Below, in pieces: positions 49,845 to 59,816 of a stretch of 64,000 bases of DNA. Below the pieces are notes generated by a model. That model saw only the letters and a list, made by a program, of their open reading frames with translations, searched no databases and was not told the DNA's origin. Position 1 is the stretch's first letter; each line of letters begins with the position of its first letter. The position numbers and the translations under genes are program-made. Source of the stretch: Methanothrix sp. (GTDB lineage Archaea; Halobacteriota; Methanosarcinia; Methanotrichales; Methanotrichaceae); assembly GCA_040770465.1 (NCBI GenBank), contig JAXGJB010000005.1, positions 1 through 64,000 of the forward strand, given 5' to 3'.

Positions 49845-50294
49845 TCAGTACCTCTCAAGCTCCGGGATCGACTTCTGTACCTCGATTTTGACCTGATGAG
49901 ATATGTTGTCCAGGAAAGACTGACCTGTCGGGGTGAGCTGCCGTCCCGCCTTAATCTTCTTCACGTACCCCGCCTTCTCCAGCTGCTGGAGGGCGACTCG
50001 AACGACAGACCCGCTCCCCTTATCGAAGTTGGGAGTTATGGTCTTTCTTCTGTGCTTTCCTCCGTAGTAGGACCGGAGCCTCGATACACCCACCGGACCG
50101 TCGACGTAGAGGCGGCGGAGCACCGATGCACACCGCACGTACCACCAGTCGGGGTTGACGGGGGGCATCTCCTTGTTCACTCCGGTCTTCGCGTGGGCAG
50201 ACCATTCCGGCGGCTCGATCTTCCCGCTGGTCTTCAGCTCCTGGGCCACAGCATCTATGAGGTGGTTTGGAGGCACGTCATAAACAGTCGTCAA
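49845..50294 (-). CDS. rps19e: 30S ribosomal protein eS19
   Basis: TVYDVP, DWWYVRCAS, GPVGVSRL, LQQLEKAG. Confidence 0.96.
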   Translation of the reverse strand: MTTVYDVPPNHLIDAVAQELKTSGKIEPPEWSAHAKTGVNKEMPPVNPDWWYVRCASVLRRLYVDGPVGVSRLRSYYGGKHRRKTITPNFDKGSGSVVRVALQQLEKAGYVKKIKAGRQLTPTGQSFLDNISHQVKIEVQKSIPELERY

Positions 50295-50636
50295 ATCATT
50301 CAATCCTCCGATACGAGATAATCAACGAACCAGAGTCCTTAAAATCCGTCAAGTATAAATGCTTTTTCCGGATCTGGCGGCCACCCCTCCAATCCATCCA
50401 GAACGAATCGAGATCGAGAGGCGATTAAGCCGTCCTGGCCCGGCATCAGCCGCCGGGGACGGCCCCCCAATGATGGCCTTGGGACGACGGCCGGAACATT
50501 TGAGGGCCTGCCTAAGGCAGAGAGCAGCCCCAGAGCAGAGATCACTCCTGGGTAGAGAGCAGCTCAAGGCAGAGGGGGCGGTCTAAGGAGCCGGCAGATC
50601 AGATATGGCGCCGAAAAAGACCGGTCATTGCAGGAT

Positions 50637-51884
50637 CTAAAGGAGATCTCCGCCCTTGTCTGCGAGGCCCAGGACGTTCAAGAGGCCGATGAGATTCTCT
50701 TTTGAGAGGCTGCCGTTGGAGACCTTCTTGAGGATGTCCTTGGCGTTGAAGGCGACGCCGAGGCCAGCGTTCTGGATCATGAGGCAGTCGTTGGCGCCGT
50801 CGCCCACCGCCACCACGCTGTCGGGGCTGATCCCCTCGAGCTTTGCGAGATCGTTCACGATCCGCCCTTTGGCCGCGGCGTCGATGATCTCCCCCTCGAC
50901 CTCGCCGGTGAGGACGCCGTCCTTTATCTCAAGGACGTTGGCGAAGGTGTAATCGAAGCCGAGCCTCTCTTTCAGGATGTCGGTGAAGTAGGTGAAGCCG
51001 CCGCTTATGAGGGCGGTCTTGTACCCCACCTGCTTGAGGTGGTGGATCAGCTCTTCGGAGCCGGGGGTGAGCTGGATGTTCTTTGCTATCTCCTCGAGAG
51101 CCTCGACGGGGGTCCCCTTCAGCAGCCGGACCCGTCTTCTCAAGGCCTCAACGAAGTCCAGCTCACCGTTCATGGCACGCCTCGTGATCTCCTCCACCTC
51201 CCGGTCGACCCCCACAAACGAGGCCATCTGGTTTATCGTCTCGAAGTCGACTATCGTCGAGTCCATGTCGAAGACGATCAGCCTCTTCTCCTTCGCGGAC
51301 TTGTCCAGGTCCTGGACGACGACGTCGAGGCCGAGCTTCTCGCACTCCGCCTTCAGCTCCTCCCTGACCCTCTTCGTCTCGCCGGTACCGAAGTCCATGA
51401 CGAACTCGATGGATATCAGCTCGCCCCTGGCGGTGACCAGAGCCTTCTCGATGTTTATACCCCTTCTCGCGGCGGTGTTTGCGACGTCGTAGATGATCCC
51501 CACCCGGTCCCTCGCCAGGATCGTCACGACCTGGAGGTTCTTTCCCCCCCTCCGCTTGCCTCTGTAGAGGGCCAGGGGAAGAACGCTCACCTCCACCCCC
51601 AGCTCCGTGGCGAGCTTCTGGAGACGCGCCTCCAGCTCTTTCGGGGTCGCCGTAGCCTTTCCGAAGTCTGCGACCATCGACATGACGAAGAGTCCCTGGA
51701 GGATCCTCTGGTCCAGATCGACTATGTTGACCATCATCTTCGCGGGGGCATCCAGGAGGTCTCTAATCATCCCGGGCCTGTCCTTCCCCAGGACCGAGAT
51801 CACCCAGAGGTCGAAGCCAAAAGCCTCCTCTCCCCTCGATTCCATATCTTCATTCAAGCTGATCGTGGGGGAGTGAGCATCCAC
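50637..51884 (-). CDS. serB: Phosphoserine phosphatase with two ACT domains
   Basis: GKDRPG, ARDRVG, FDMDST, SGGF, GDGAND. Confidence 0.93.
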   Translation of the reverse strand: MDAHSPTISLNEDMESRGEEAFGFDLWVISVLGKDRPGMIRDLLDAPAKMMVNIVDLDQRILQGLFVMSMVADFGKATATPKELEARLQKLATELGVEVSVLPLALYRGKRRGGKNLQVVTILARDRVGIIYDVANTAARRGINIEKALVTARGELISIEFVMDFGTGETKRVREELKAECEKLGLDVVVQDLDKSAKEKRLIVFDMDSTIVDFETINQMASFVGVDREVEEITRRAMNGELDFVEALRRRVRLLKGTPVEALEEIAKNIQLTPGSEELIHHLKQVGYKTALISGGFTYFTDILKERLGFDYTFANVLEIKDGVLTGEVEGEIIDAAAKGRIVNDLAKLEGISPDSVVAVGDGANDCLMIQNAGLGVAFNAKDILKKVSNGSLSKENLIGLLNVLGLADKGGDLL

Positions 51885-52117
51885 GCCTAAATACTTTTTC
51901 AGCGATCAGGGACATTGGTGAGAAAAGACCCAGTTATCTTTCGATCAGAACTTCCGTAGGCCGATTCCCAAACTTCGTCCCGCTCGGTAACGAAATTAAA
52001 ATAACGACACCGACAGATGGGGACGGCTTAACATCCTGTCCATAAGGGTTAAAAGGAGCGGCTACAAAGGGATTAGATGGAAAATAGGGGTAGCAGGCCA
52101 TCGTTCTTTGGGGAAGC

Positions 52118-54301
52118 ATGATGTCGAAAATCATGGATCGAGGAAAGTCTTTCGAGCGTCTGGGTCTTCTCGGTGCCTTCCTGCTGGCACTATCTCTGAG
52201 GCTCCTTTCGGCCAAAAACGCCCTCGTCGGAGGAGACCTCCTCTTCTACGGCTACGATTCCTTCTATCACATGCGGAGGATCCTCTACACCGCAGAGAAC
52301 TTTCCCTCTACCCTCTGGTTCGACTCTTATCTCAACCATCCCTCAGGACTGAACATCACCTGGCCCCCCCTCTTCGACCAGGTCGTGGCCGGAGCTTCCC
52401 TCCTCCTGGGTGGCGGCCCTCGAGCCGCGGAGATGGCGGGCGCCCTCGCCCCCGCGGTCCTGGGTTCGGGGGCGGTTCTGATAATCTACCTTCTGGGAAA
52501 GAAGATCTTCGGGGCGAGGGTGGCGATCCTCTCGGCCTTCATCCTGGCCGCCGATCCGAAGCATATCGCCCGGACCCATTTCGGATGTATCGACCACGAC
52601 GCTCTGGAGTCGCTATTGATCTTCGGGGCGATCCTCCTTCTCGCCTACGCCCTCACCGACGAAGACCGACGGGTATGGTTGGGGGCCGGAGCGGGGGTTC
52701 TCTTGGCCGCCGCTGCCTACGCCTGGCTGGGGACGCCCATTTACATGGGCGCCATCTTGGTCTATGCTGCGATTCAGGTCGCCCTCGACCTGCGAGACGG
52801 GGTCTCCGCGACAGAGACGATCGCCCCATTGGCGGCGGCCTTTGGTGTCGCCCTCCTTCTGATTTTGCCCTACCACGACGAGGCCTGGCTCTTTCCGTCC
52901 TTCCTGGGGGCTCTTGGGGGCCTCTCGACCCTGGCCGTTCTCCTCCTTTTATCCCGCCTCTTCGCCGCAAAGAGGATCTCATGGCTGGCCTATCTTCCCG
53001 CCGTGGCGATCCTCGGCTATCTCGCCGCGGTTCTGAGCTACACCGGCTGGATGGGCTCGATCCTCTGGCAGGGGATCAATTACTTTTTCCTGGGCGGCCT
53101 GGCCGAAGAGAGCATCATCGAGGCCGCGCCCCTATATCAGGTCGAAGGCCTGGTCTCCCTTCCGGGGCTGGGATTTGCCATCTCGCTCCTCGGGTTCTTC
53201 ATCCTGATACCCGAAGCCTGTCGCTCCCGAATCTCCCGGGATCGGGCACTATTCCTGGTCTTTGCGGCCTTCACCCTCCTCCTGACGATATTTCAGGTCC
53301 GATTTCTCTACCTCTTCTCCGTCGCCGGATCGCTGCTGACGGCCCTCCTCTTCTTCTGGTGCTCCCGGAGGCTCAGGTCCCTGGGGCCACCAGCACCTTC
53401 GACGGCAAGTCCCCTTCCGATCGCCCTGCTGGTGATCCTCCTCCTCCCAAACGCGGCTGGACTACTCCAGATCGCCGATGAACGGCCGGAGATTGAGGGG
53501 GACTGGGTCGGGACTCTCGACTGGTTGGATGATAACACCCCGGCGACGACGGCGTTTGAGCGGCCGGTCCAGCCGGGAGAGTACGCCGTTTTGAGCTGGT
53601 GGGATTACGGCAACTGGATCCTCTACAAGTCGAGAAGGCCGGTGGTGGCGAACAACTTTCAGGCAGGAGCTACGGAAGCTGCCCGGTTCTTCCTTTCGGA
53701 AGACGAAGAGGAGGCCCTGGCCATAGCCGAAGAAAGAGACGTTCGATACGTAATAACCGACGAGAAGATGGTCTACAGCAAGCTTCCGGCCATCGTCCGC
53801 TGGACGGGCGAAGATCCCGATAGCTACGTCGCCATCGTCGCCGGCTCGGACGCCGACGCCTTCCATCATTCCAACAAATTTCTGGCGACCGTCCTCGCAA
53901 GGCTTCACCTCCGCGACTGCACGGACCTGGGTGGCTTCCGGCTGGTCCGCGAATCGGAGACGGTCGTGGGGCTCAAGGTTCAGACGAGCGAGGTGAAAGT
54001 CTTCGAGCGGGTGGCGGGCGCGAAGATCGCCGGCACCACCCCTTACGACAAGCCGATAGGGGTGGCCCTGGAGATTATGTCAAACCAGGGGAGGAGGTTT
54101 GAGTACTTCAACTCGGCGATGCCGGTGGACGGCCGCTATGAGGTGACCGTCCCCTACTCCACCGACAAGACCCTCGAAACCCACGCTCTCGGCCCCTATC
54201 TGGTGGGGCCGGTGGAGGATTTCGTCGGCGGGGATTTCAAGGAAGTCGAAGTGAGCGAGGATGACGTAACCCAGGGGAGGGTTATCGAGGTCGATTTCTG
54301 A
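52118..54301 (+). CDS. aglB: Oligosaccharyltransferase AglB
   Basis: DSFYHMRR, DHD, WWDYG, ANNFQ, DEKM; multi-TM. Confidence 0.93.
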   Translation: MMSKIMDRGKSFERLGLLGAFLLALSLRLLSAKNALVGGDLLFYGYDSFYHMRRILYTAENFPSTLWFDSYLNHPSGLNITWPPLFDQVVAGASLLLGGGPRAAEMAGALAPAVLGSGAVLIIYLLGKKIFGARVAILSAFILAADPKHIARTHFGCIDHDALESLLIFGAILLLAYALTDEDRRVWLGAGAGVLLAAAAYAWLGTPIYMGAILVYAAIQVALDLRDGVSATETIAPLAAAFGVALLLILPYHDEAWLFPSFLGALGGLSTLAVLLLLSRLFAAKRISWLAYLPAVAILGYLAAVLSYTGWMGSILWQGINYFFLGGLAEESIIEAAPLYQVEGLVSLPGLGFAISLLGFFILIPEACRSRISRDRALFLVFAAFTLLLTIFQVRFLYLFSVAGSLLTALLFFWCSRRLRSLGPPAPSTASPLPIALLVILLLPNAAGLLQIADERPEIEGDWVGTLDWLDDNTPATTAFERPVQPGEYAVLSWWDYGNWILYKSRRPVVANNFQAGATEAARFFLSEDEEEALAIAEERDVRYVITDEKMVYSKLPAIVRWTGEDPDSYVAIVAGSDADAFHHSNKFLATVLARLHLRDCTDLGGFRLVRESETVVGLKVQTSEVKVFERVAGAKIAGTTPYDKPIGVALEIMSNQGRRFEYFNSAMPVDGRYEVTVPYSTDKTLETHALGPYLVGPVEDFVGGDFKEVEVSEDDVTQGRVIEVDF

Positions 54302-54350
54302 CCTCTCGGAAGAATAGCAGCATCAAGACTAACCTGCCCAGACATCGATC

Positions 54351-54767
54351 TCACAGCAGCAGCTGGCAGCATGTCTTGATGCAGATTCCGGGGACGACGT
54401 TCCTCCCCTCCCGGTCCAGAGCTTCTATAACCACCTCGTTCTCGGTTCCGGGCTGGAGCCAGAAGGTCTCAAAGCCGACCTCGCGGGCCTCCTCGGCAAG
54501 GCTCGCGACCGCCTCAGGCCTTCTGAATACGTCCAGGATGTCGATCTTCTCGGGAACGTCCTTGAGGGAGCCGAGGACCCTCTCCCCCAGGATCTCCTCC
54601 CCTTCGTACTGGGGGTTGATGAGGTAAACCTTGAAGCCGTACCTCTTAACAGTCTCCGAGACGAAGTGGCTGGGCCTATTTTCGTCGGGTGAGATCCCCA
54701 CGACGGCGACGGTTCTGCTCTTCTTCAGTATCTCTCTCAGCTTCTCGGAATCATCTATGACGGGCGT
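54351..54767 (-). CDS. CoA-binding protein (YccU-like), probable ACG start
   Basis: VAVVGISPDENRPS, DILDVFR, WLQPG, CIK; ACG at 54767 lies 9 nt after GGAGG. Confidence 0.85.
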   Translation of the reverse strand, partial: TPVIDDSEKLREILKKSRTVAVVGISPDENRPSHFVSETVKRYGFKVYLINPQYEGEEILGERVLGSLKDVPEKIDILDVFRRPEAVASLAEEAREVGFETFWLQPGTENEVVIEALDREGRNVVPGICIKTCCQLLL

Positions 54768-54979
54768 GAAAGATCGCCTCCATGGATCTTGAATGGATGC
54801 CGGATGGATATCAATCAACGATCGAGTATAAATCAATAGATTCAGCTTCGGGTCGGATCAATTTTAAGCGAAGATCCGGATAATGTCCAGAAAGACGAGA
54901 ATGGATCTTCATCCCCGAAGACGATGCAAAACCCAGCAACTCAGATATCTTCATATAGATTCCGATCGGAATTAAGTCT

Positions 54980-56032
54980 ATGAAAAAATTGCTAGCAATG
55001 GCTATCTTGGGAACTCTCCTCCTGTCCGGCAGCGGCTCTGCTGGGTGGGAGAGGATCTGGGAGCAGAGGGCAGATGATGTGGTTGTAAAGCACGGGATCA
55101 CCATCGAAAACAGCGGCCAGCCTTACCCGACCGGTGACATCCCGACGGACCAGGTCAGAGTCTTTGCCGTCCAGAACCAAACCGGAGATATTTACAGGTA
55201 CAGCGGGACACCCGACCGGTGGACGAAGGTGGGAAACCCCGGAAAGAAGTTTGTAGCGACGGGCGGGGTCGGCAGCAGGCTCTACGGCCTCGATCCGGCG
55301 GGGATGGGAGTCTACGAGTTCACCGGCACCCCCATGAACTGGACCCAGGTGGGCGGGCCCGCCGCTGATATCTACGCCGGAGGCAACAAGCTCTACGCCA
55401 CAAACCCCGATGACGACTGGGAGATCTACGAGTACGCCGGAACTCCCTGGGAATGGGTGCAGATAGGAGAGCGGTCACCGTCCCGCCCGAATATTAACCA
55501 GGTTGTGGACTACATGGCATCCGGCGGCGGATACCTGGTGGGGATGGGCTTCCCCTACGAGATAATCCCGTCGAAACTTTACCTCCTCGCCGAGAGGGTC
55601 AACTCTGAAGGCGTCACCATCGGTGTCGTATTGAAGTATTCAGGGACGCCCCTGGACTGGGAGATATCGCAGGGTGGAGGTCTGGATTTCGACGCCGTCT
55701 TCGGCGACGGTTTCAACGCCGGGGCGGTCTATGCAAGGGATTATCACAGCCAGGAGGTCTACCGGTGGTCTGAGGATGCCGAAAGCTGGGAGGTAGCGAC
55801 CGATCCCGCAAAGATCGTCGTCGCCGACCAGCGCATCGACGGCTCTTCGGTCCACAACCTCCTTTACCGGCTTGAAGAGAATGGAGACCTCTGGATGCTG
55901 GATGACACCGTCGGATCTTGGACCGAGATCGATACTTCGGGATGGAGAAATCCCCTGAAGGGAATCTACGCCGCTGGCGGAGAACTCTACGCGCTGTCAG
56001 AGGCTGGATACGTCTTCAAGTACGTATCCTGA
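54980..56032 (+). CDS. Secreted Trp-rich beta-propeller (tectonin/lectin-like) protein
   Basis: Signal peptide; repeats IYRYSGTPDRWTKVG, VYEFTGTPMNWTQVG, IYEYAGTPWEWVQIG, LKYSGTPLDW. Confidence 0.7.
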   Translation: MKKLLAMAILGTLLLSGSGSAGWERIWEQRADDVVVKHGITIENSGQPYPTGDIPTDQVRVFAVQNQTGDIYRYSGTPDRWTKVGNPGKKFVATGGVGSRLYGLDPAGMGVYEFTGTPMNWTQVGGPAADIYAGGNKLYATNPDDDWEIYEYAGTPWEWVQIGERSPSRPNINQVVDYMASGGGYLVGMGFPYEIIPSKLYLLAERVNSEGVTIGVVLKYSGTPLDWEISQGGGLDFDAVFGDGFNAGAVYARDYHSQEVYRWSEDAESWEVATDPAKIVVADQRIDGSSVHNLLYRLEENGDLWMLDDTVGSWTEIDTSGWRNPLKGIYAAGGELYALSEAGYVFKYVS

Positions 56033-56097
56033 CGCCTGGATACCCCGACGCCTGGAGCCCCCCTCCAGGCAACAGTTTTTTTTTCTTATCTGCCAGA

Positions 56098-56763
56098 TCA
56101 CTCGACGCCCCGAGCAGTTATCCGCAGCTCTGCGACGGCCCCCTCGGGCATGGACCTGTGCTTGACGAGCCGTGCCAGCCTCTTTCCCTCGCCCCTCTTC
56201 TCGATGAATATCGCGGTCTTTGTGGCGTGGTCCATCGCCATCCCGCCCAGGGGCCTGAGGTTTCCGGTCTCGATCTCCATGTAGACCTGGTTTGTCACCA
56301 CCACCGGGATCCGGTGCCTCCTCGCCATCTCCTGAAGCTCGCCGAGCTGGACCGCAAGAGCCCTCCGAACGGGCCTGTTGTCGTCCCCCTCGAAGGCCGC
56401 CCGATAAAGGGAGGTCGCCGAGTCGAGGATCAACAGGCCAAACTCCTTCCCCATGATCCTGGTGGCATCTTTTATCGACGCGTGCTGCTGCTCCAGGTTC
56501 AGAGGCTCGAAGACGACGATCTTTGCCCCCACCGCCTTCGCATCATCCCCGGCGATCTGCTTGAACCTCTCGACGGAGAAGCCCTCGGTGTCGATGAAGA
56601 TCACCTTGAGGCCGCGGGCTACGGCACCGACCGCCAGCTGTAGGATGATGTTCGTCTTGCCGGTCCCGGCCTCGCCGTAGATCTGGGTTATGATCCCCGG
56701 CTCAAACCCCCCGCCCAGGAGCCGGTCCAGCCCCTCGCACCCCGAAGAGAGCCTATCCTGCAT
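56098..56763 (-). CDS. radB: DNA repair protein RadB
   Basis: GEAGTGKTN, IDTEG, TNQVY, KHRS. Confidence 0.95.
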   Translation of the reverse strand: MQDRLSSGCEGLDRLLGGGFEPGIITQIYGEAGTGKTNIILQLAVGAVARGLKVIFIDTEGFSVERFKQIAGDDAKAVGAKIVVFEPLNLEQQHASIKDATRIMGKEFGLLILDSATSLYRAAFEGDDNRPVRRALAVQLGELQEMARRHRIPVVVTNQVYMEIETGNLRPLGGMAMDHATKTAIFIEKRGEGKRLARLVKHRSMPEGAVAELRITARGVE

Positions 56764-56829
56764 GATCACCGATCTTCCATCCTTCCAGCATCTTCTGCAT
56801 CTTCTTTTTCTCTTTTTTTCGCGTCCGGC

Positions 56830-57417
56830 TCAAACGTGCTCGTAGATCAGCTCATCCAGCCGGTCCATCGCCTCGATCTCCCGGGGGCCGCCGCACCGGC
56901 CGACGATCCTCCTGATCTTGAAGATCTCCTCCAGGTAGAGGTCGCTTTTGAGGGCGACGTAGCGGGTCGCGGCGACGGCAGCCTCGACGACCAGGTTGAT
57001 CCCCCGGTTGACGGCCCGAAACTCCCTCCTGATCACCTCGCCCTTGACGAACTCAACCTCGGGGAGGGCGATGTCCAGGTTCTTGGGCTCGCACCTGAAG
57101 AGGGCCCAGGCCTCGGCGTCTTTGAGGGTCAGCTCCCCGTCCCTTTCGACGAACCGATCTTCGGGGATGTCGTTCAAGGCGGTCTCTACGAAGAGCATCG
57201 GATCGTGGGATACGTTGGCGACGAACTCGTGGCCTGCCATTATGTTGTCGTAGGTGTGAGACCCGATAAAGAGCCTCACCGAGAGGGCGTCGCCGTTCTT
57301 GATCAGACCGAGGGGCGCCGCGTTGGGGGCGCCAGCCTCGTTCTTTGTCGTGGCTATGATCTCGTTGATTCCGTCGAATATTCCGAGCGTTTCGATCTCT
57401 TTGCGATCGTAAATCAT
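56830..57417 (-). CDS. DUF447 family protein
   Basis: GINEIIATT, NAAPLG, GSHTYDN, NRG. Confidence 0.8.
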   Translation of the reverse strand: MIYDRKEIETLGIFDGINEIIATTKNEAGAPNAAPLGLIKNGDALSVRLFIGSHTYDNIMAGHEFVANVSHDPMLFVETALNDIPEDRFVERDGELTLKDAEAWALFRCEPKNLDIALPEVEFVKGEVIRREFRAVNRGINLVVEAAVAATRYVALKSDLYLEEIFKIRRIVGRCGGPREIEAMDRLDELIYEHV

Positions 57418-58343
57418 CGTTCTTCACCCCTGGGGATGGTGCCTTTCAGGATGGTGCCTTCGATCAGGGCTATGAAGAGGGCCGCCCCGATTATGTCCGC
57501 CGTAGACCCCGGGTTTATGTCCTCCTCTACAAACTCCCGGTCCAGCTCCTCGGCCCGACGGAGGGTCTCGGTGACATTTTGGCCCAGGATCGATCTCGCC
57601 CTCGATGACGCCTCATTCGCCCGATCGATCCCGAACTTCGAGGCGACGAGGCTGTCGGGGACCTCCGCCAGGGCCTCGAGGTAGGTCATCACCACCCCGT
57701 CGTTTATGCCGAGATCTGAGACCCTCGTTGCGAGACGCCCGGCGAGGGCAAAGCTCCTCTCAAACCCCGTCGACCACTCTCTTGCCACCAGGTCGTGGCC
57801 CTGGGATAGGAGCATCAGGTCGAGGAGCGTCTTTCCCTCCGATCGGACCCGTTCGGCGGCGTCGGGGTCCTTCAGGCTCAGATCCTCCACCTCCGCCACC
57901 CTCGCTCCGGCGAGGTTGAAGGCGGCGTAGAACTCGAGGGCGTCCTCGGTCGTCGTCTCTTCCAGGACCCGGGCCAGCTCGGCCTTGAGGTCGCCGCCCC
58001 TTCCCGCGGCCACCGCCAGGGGGACGAGCAGGGCGATCGTTCCGAAGTGGGTGTTCTGAACCAGGCCCCAGTCCCTCCAGGAGGATACCGCCCTTCTTAT
58101 CAGGCTGCCCGTCGGCTCCGAGCCTGCGGCCGCGTCCCGAAAGGTCGGATAGGATGCAGCGGCGCTGATCAGGAAGTGGTGAAACTTGATCTCCTCGAAG
58201 TCGTGGCCCCGATCGACGTTTCCGGGCTTTGGGGTTGAGGATAGCTCGATCAGCGTCGCCAAAAGTGCCGCCTGAGCTGCCCGGTCCGGTGTCGTCTTCG
58301 CCTTCGCCCCCCACATCATCTCCGCCTCACCGACCGCATTCAT
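57414..58343 (-). CDS. citG: CitG-family triphosphoribosyl-dephospho-CoA synthase homolog
   Basis: PKPGNVDR, NTHFG, INPGSTAD. Confidence 0.85.
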   Translation of the reverse strand: MNAVGEAEMMWGAKAKTTPDRAAQAALLATLIELSSTPKPGNVDRGHDFEEIKFHHFLISAAASYPTFRDAAAGSEPTGSLIRRAVSSWRDWGLVQNTHFGTIALLVPLAVAAGRGGDLKAELARVLEETTTEDALEFYAAFNLAGARVAEVEDLSLKDPDAAERVRSEGKTLLDLMLLSQGHDLVAREWSTGFERSFALAGRLATRVSDLGINDGVVMTYLEALAEVPDSLVASKFGIDRANEASSRARSILGQNVTETLRRAEELDREFVEEDINPGSTADIIGAALFIALIEGTILKGTIPRGEER

Positions 58344-58393
58344 CTACCACATTCACCGACCGCACAACCCGACCGCACAACAGGACCCCGCGT

Positions 58394-59398
58394 TCACGCC
58401 TTCAAAAGATCCTCTGCGAGCTTCTTCTTCAGCCTCATGTACTCGTCTGGGGAGATCCCGTGGCTCTCCAGGACCGCGTCCCTCATAAAACAGGGCTTGG
58501 TGATCTTGCAGCACCAGGCGAGGCTTCCAAAGCAGGTTCCATCGCCGGGCTCAAGCGGCGTCCCCCGAGTGAGGTCAAGCTTCTTCTCGATGAACTCTCG
58601 GGGGGGTACGCCGATCTTCTTGAGGGCTCCCAGGAGGGGGCAGTTTTTGACAGGTGGGCAGCAGAATGCGATGCCTCGAAGGTCGCCCCCGGAGCAGATG
58701 TGTTTTGGGGCGTTGTACCAGCCCACCAGATCCTGGTACTGCCGAAAGACGTCGGAGAGCCAGGCCACGAATTCGGGGTCTGCCTTATCGGAGAGGGATA
58801 TCATCTCGGCCCCCATGGAGAGGACGTCTTTGGCGTCTTCAAAGCCGCCTATGTTGCATCTGACCAGAAGCTTTGGCGATCCCCCATCGGAGACCCTCTT
58901 GATCACCTTCAGAGCCGCTGGGCCGAGCCCCCGGAGGTCGATGTGGAGGGCGTCTGCCCCCGACTCCTTCAGATCCCGGGCAAGGGATCTCAGCTCATCG
59001 ACATCCTTCGACGAAAACCTCACCGATAGGGCGGCTCCCGAGCCCTTGACGGCTCTGACGACCTCAGCAAGATCGTCTTTTTTAGAGAGTTCTACCTCCA
59101 TCAGCAGCTCCTCTTCGGCCGCCATCTTCCCCGCCTCTGCCAGGTCTTCGATCGAGCCTCCGGCCGTCGAGAAGCCCAGGGCTGACCGGGTCTGCAGCCG
59201 ATCCAGAGCGTTCTTTATATCGGAGACGGTGACCTCGTCCAGGTTGAAGCTGCCCAGCATGATCAGCCCCGCCGAGCCGTTGAGGCCGGCGAGATCCGAT
59301 GAACCGACCGAGGAGCTGTCCGGTGAGCCGTCAGGTGAACCGTCCGATGAAACGATCGCCAGGGGATTATTCAGGTTAAGGTATCCGATTTTCAACAT
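58394..59398 (-). CDS. Methanogenesis marker 9 domain protein (TIM barrel plus Cys-rich C-terminus)
   Basis: NAPKHICSGGDLRGIAFCCPPVKNC, TCFGSLAWCCKITKPC. Confidence 0.85.
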   Translation of the reverse strand: MLKIGYLNLNNPLAIVSSDGSPDGSPDSSSVGSSDLAGLNGSAGLIMLGSFNLDEVTVSDIKNALDRLQTRSALGFSTAGGSIEDLAEAGKMAAEEELLMEVELSKKDDLAEVVRAVKGSGAALSVRFSSKDVDELRSLARDLKESGADALHIDLRGLGPAALKVIKRVSDGGSPKLLVRCNIGGFEDAKDVLSMGAEMISLSDKADPEFVAWLSDVFRQYQDLVGWYNAPKHICSGGDLRGIAFCCPPVKNCPLLGALKKIGVPPREFIEKKLDLTRGTPLEPGDGTCFGSLAWCCKITKPCFMRDAVLESHGISPDEYMRLKKKLAEDLLKA

Positions 59399-59545
59399 CA
59401 ATATCGGGCCCCATGGTGAAACTCCTGGCGGGCATATCAGCTTTTCGGCCTCGATGGGATCGATCCGATCCATCCGGATCGGCCCGTCGCCGTCGCCGGG
59501 CGTCAAAATTGTGACATAAAGAAAAAAATGAGGGTTTTTAATCGA

Positions 59546-59668
59546 TCAAGCCTTCTTGGTCAGAACCATCGGCTTTCCGCAGCAGACCAGCTGGCCTGCG
59601 CCAGCCTCCTGGACTTCCACCACGTTGCCGCAGACCTCACACCGATAAACCTCGCCAACTTTGGTCAA
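59546..59668 (-). CDS. Stand-alone desulforedoxin (FeCys4), 40 aa
   Basis: Manual translation [40 protein letters not shown]; TTG after GAGGTGA; below the ORF-track cutoff. Confidence 0.92.
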   Translation of the reverse strand: MTKVGEVYRCEVCGNVVEVQEAGAGQLVCCGKPMVLTKKA

Positions 59669-59816
59669 ATCATCTCACCTCTAGCCCTTCAGTTTGGACT
59701 TTTTACTTTAAGGCTCTTTTGCCGAAGGGACCTAGCCGTAGGGACCCGGTGGGTCCGGCCGGTTCTGCCAGGATGATCACGGGGATCTCATCTGGGTTGG
59801 ACATGGAGCCTGAGGG

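Noticed and set aside
50340-50636. RNase P RNA upstream of rps19e
   Set aside because: No GAGGAAAGUCC-like P4 signature on either strand.
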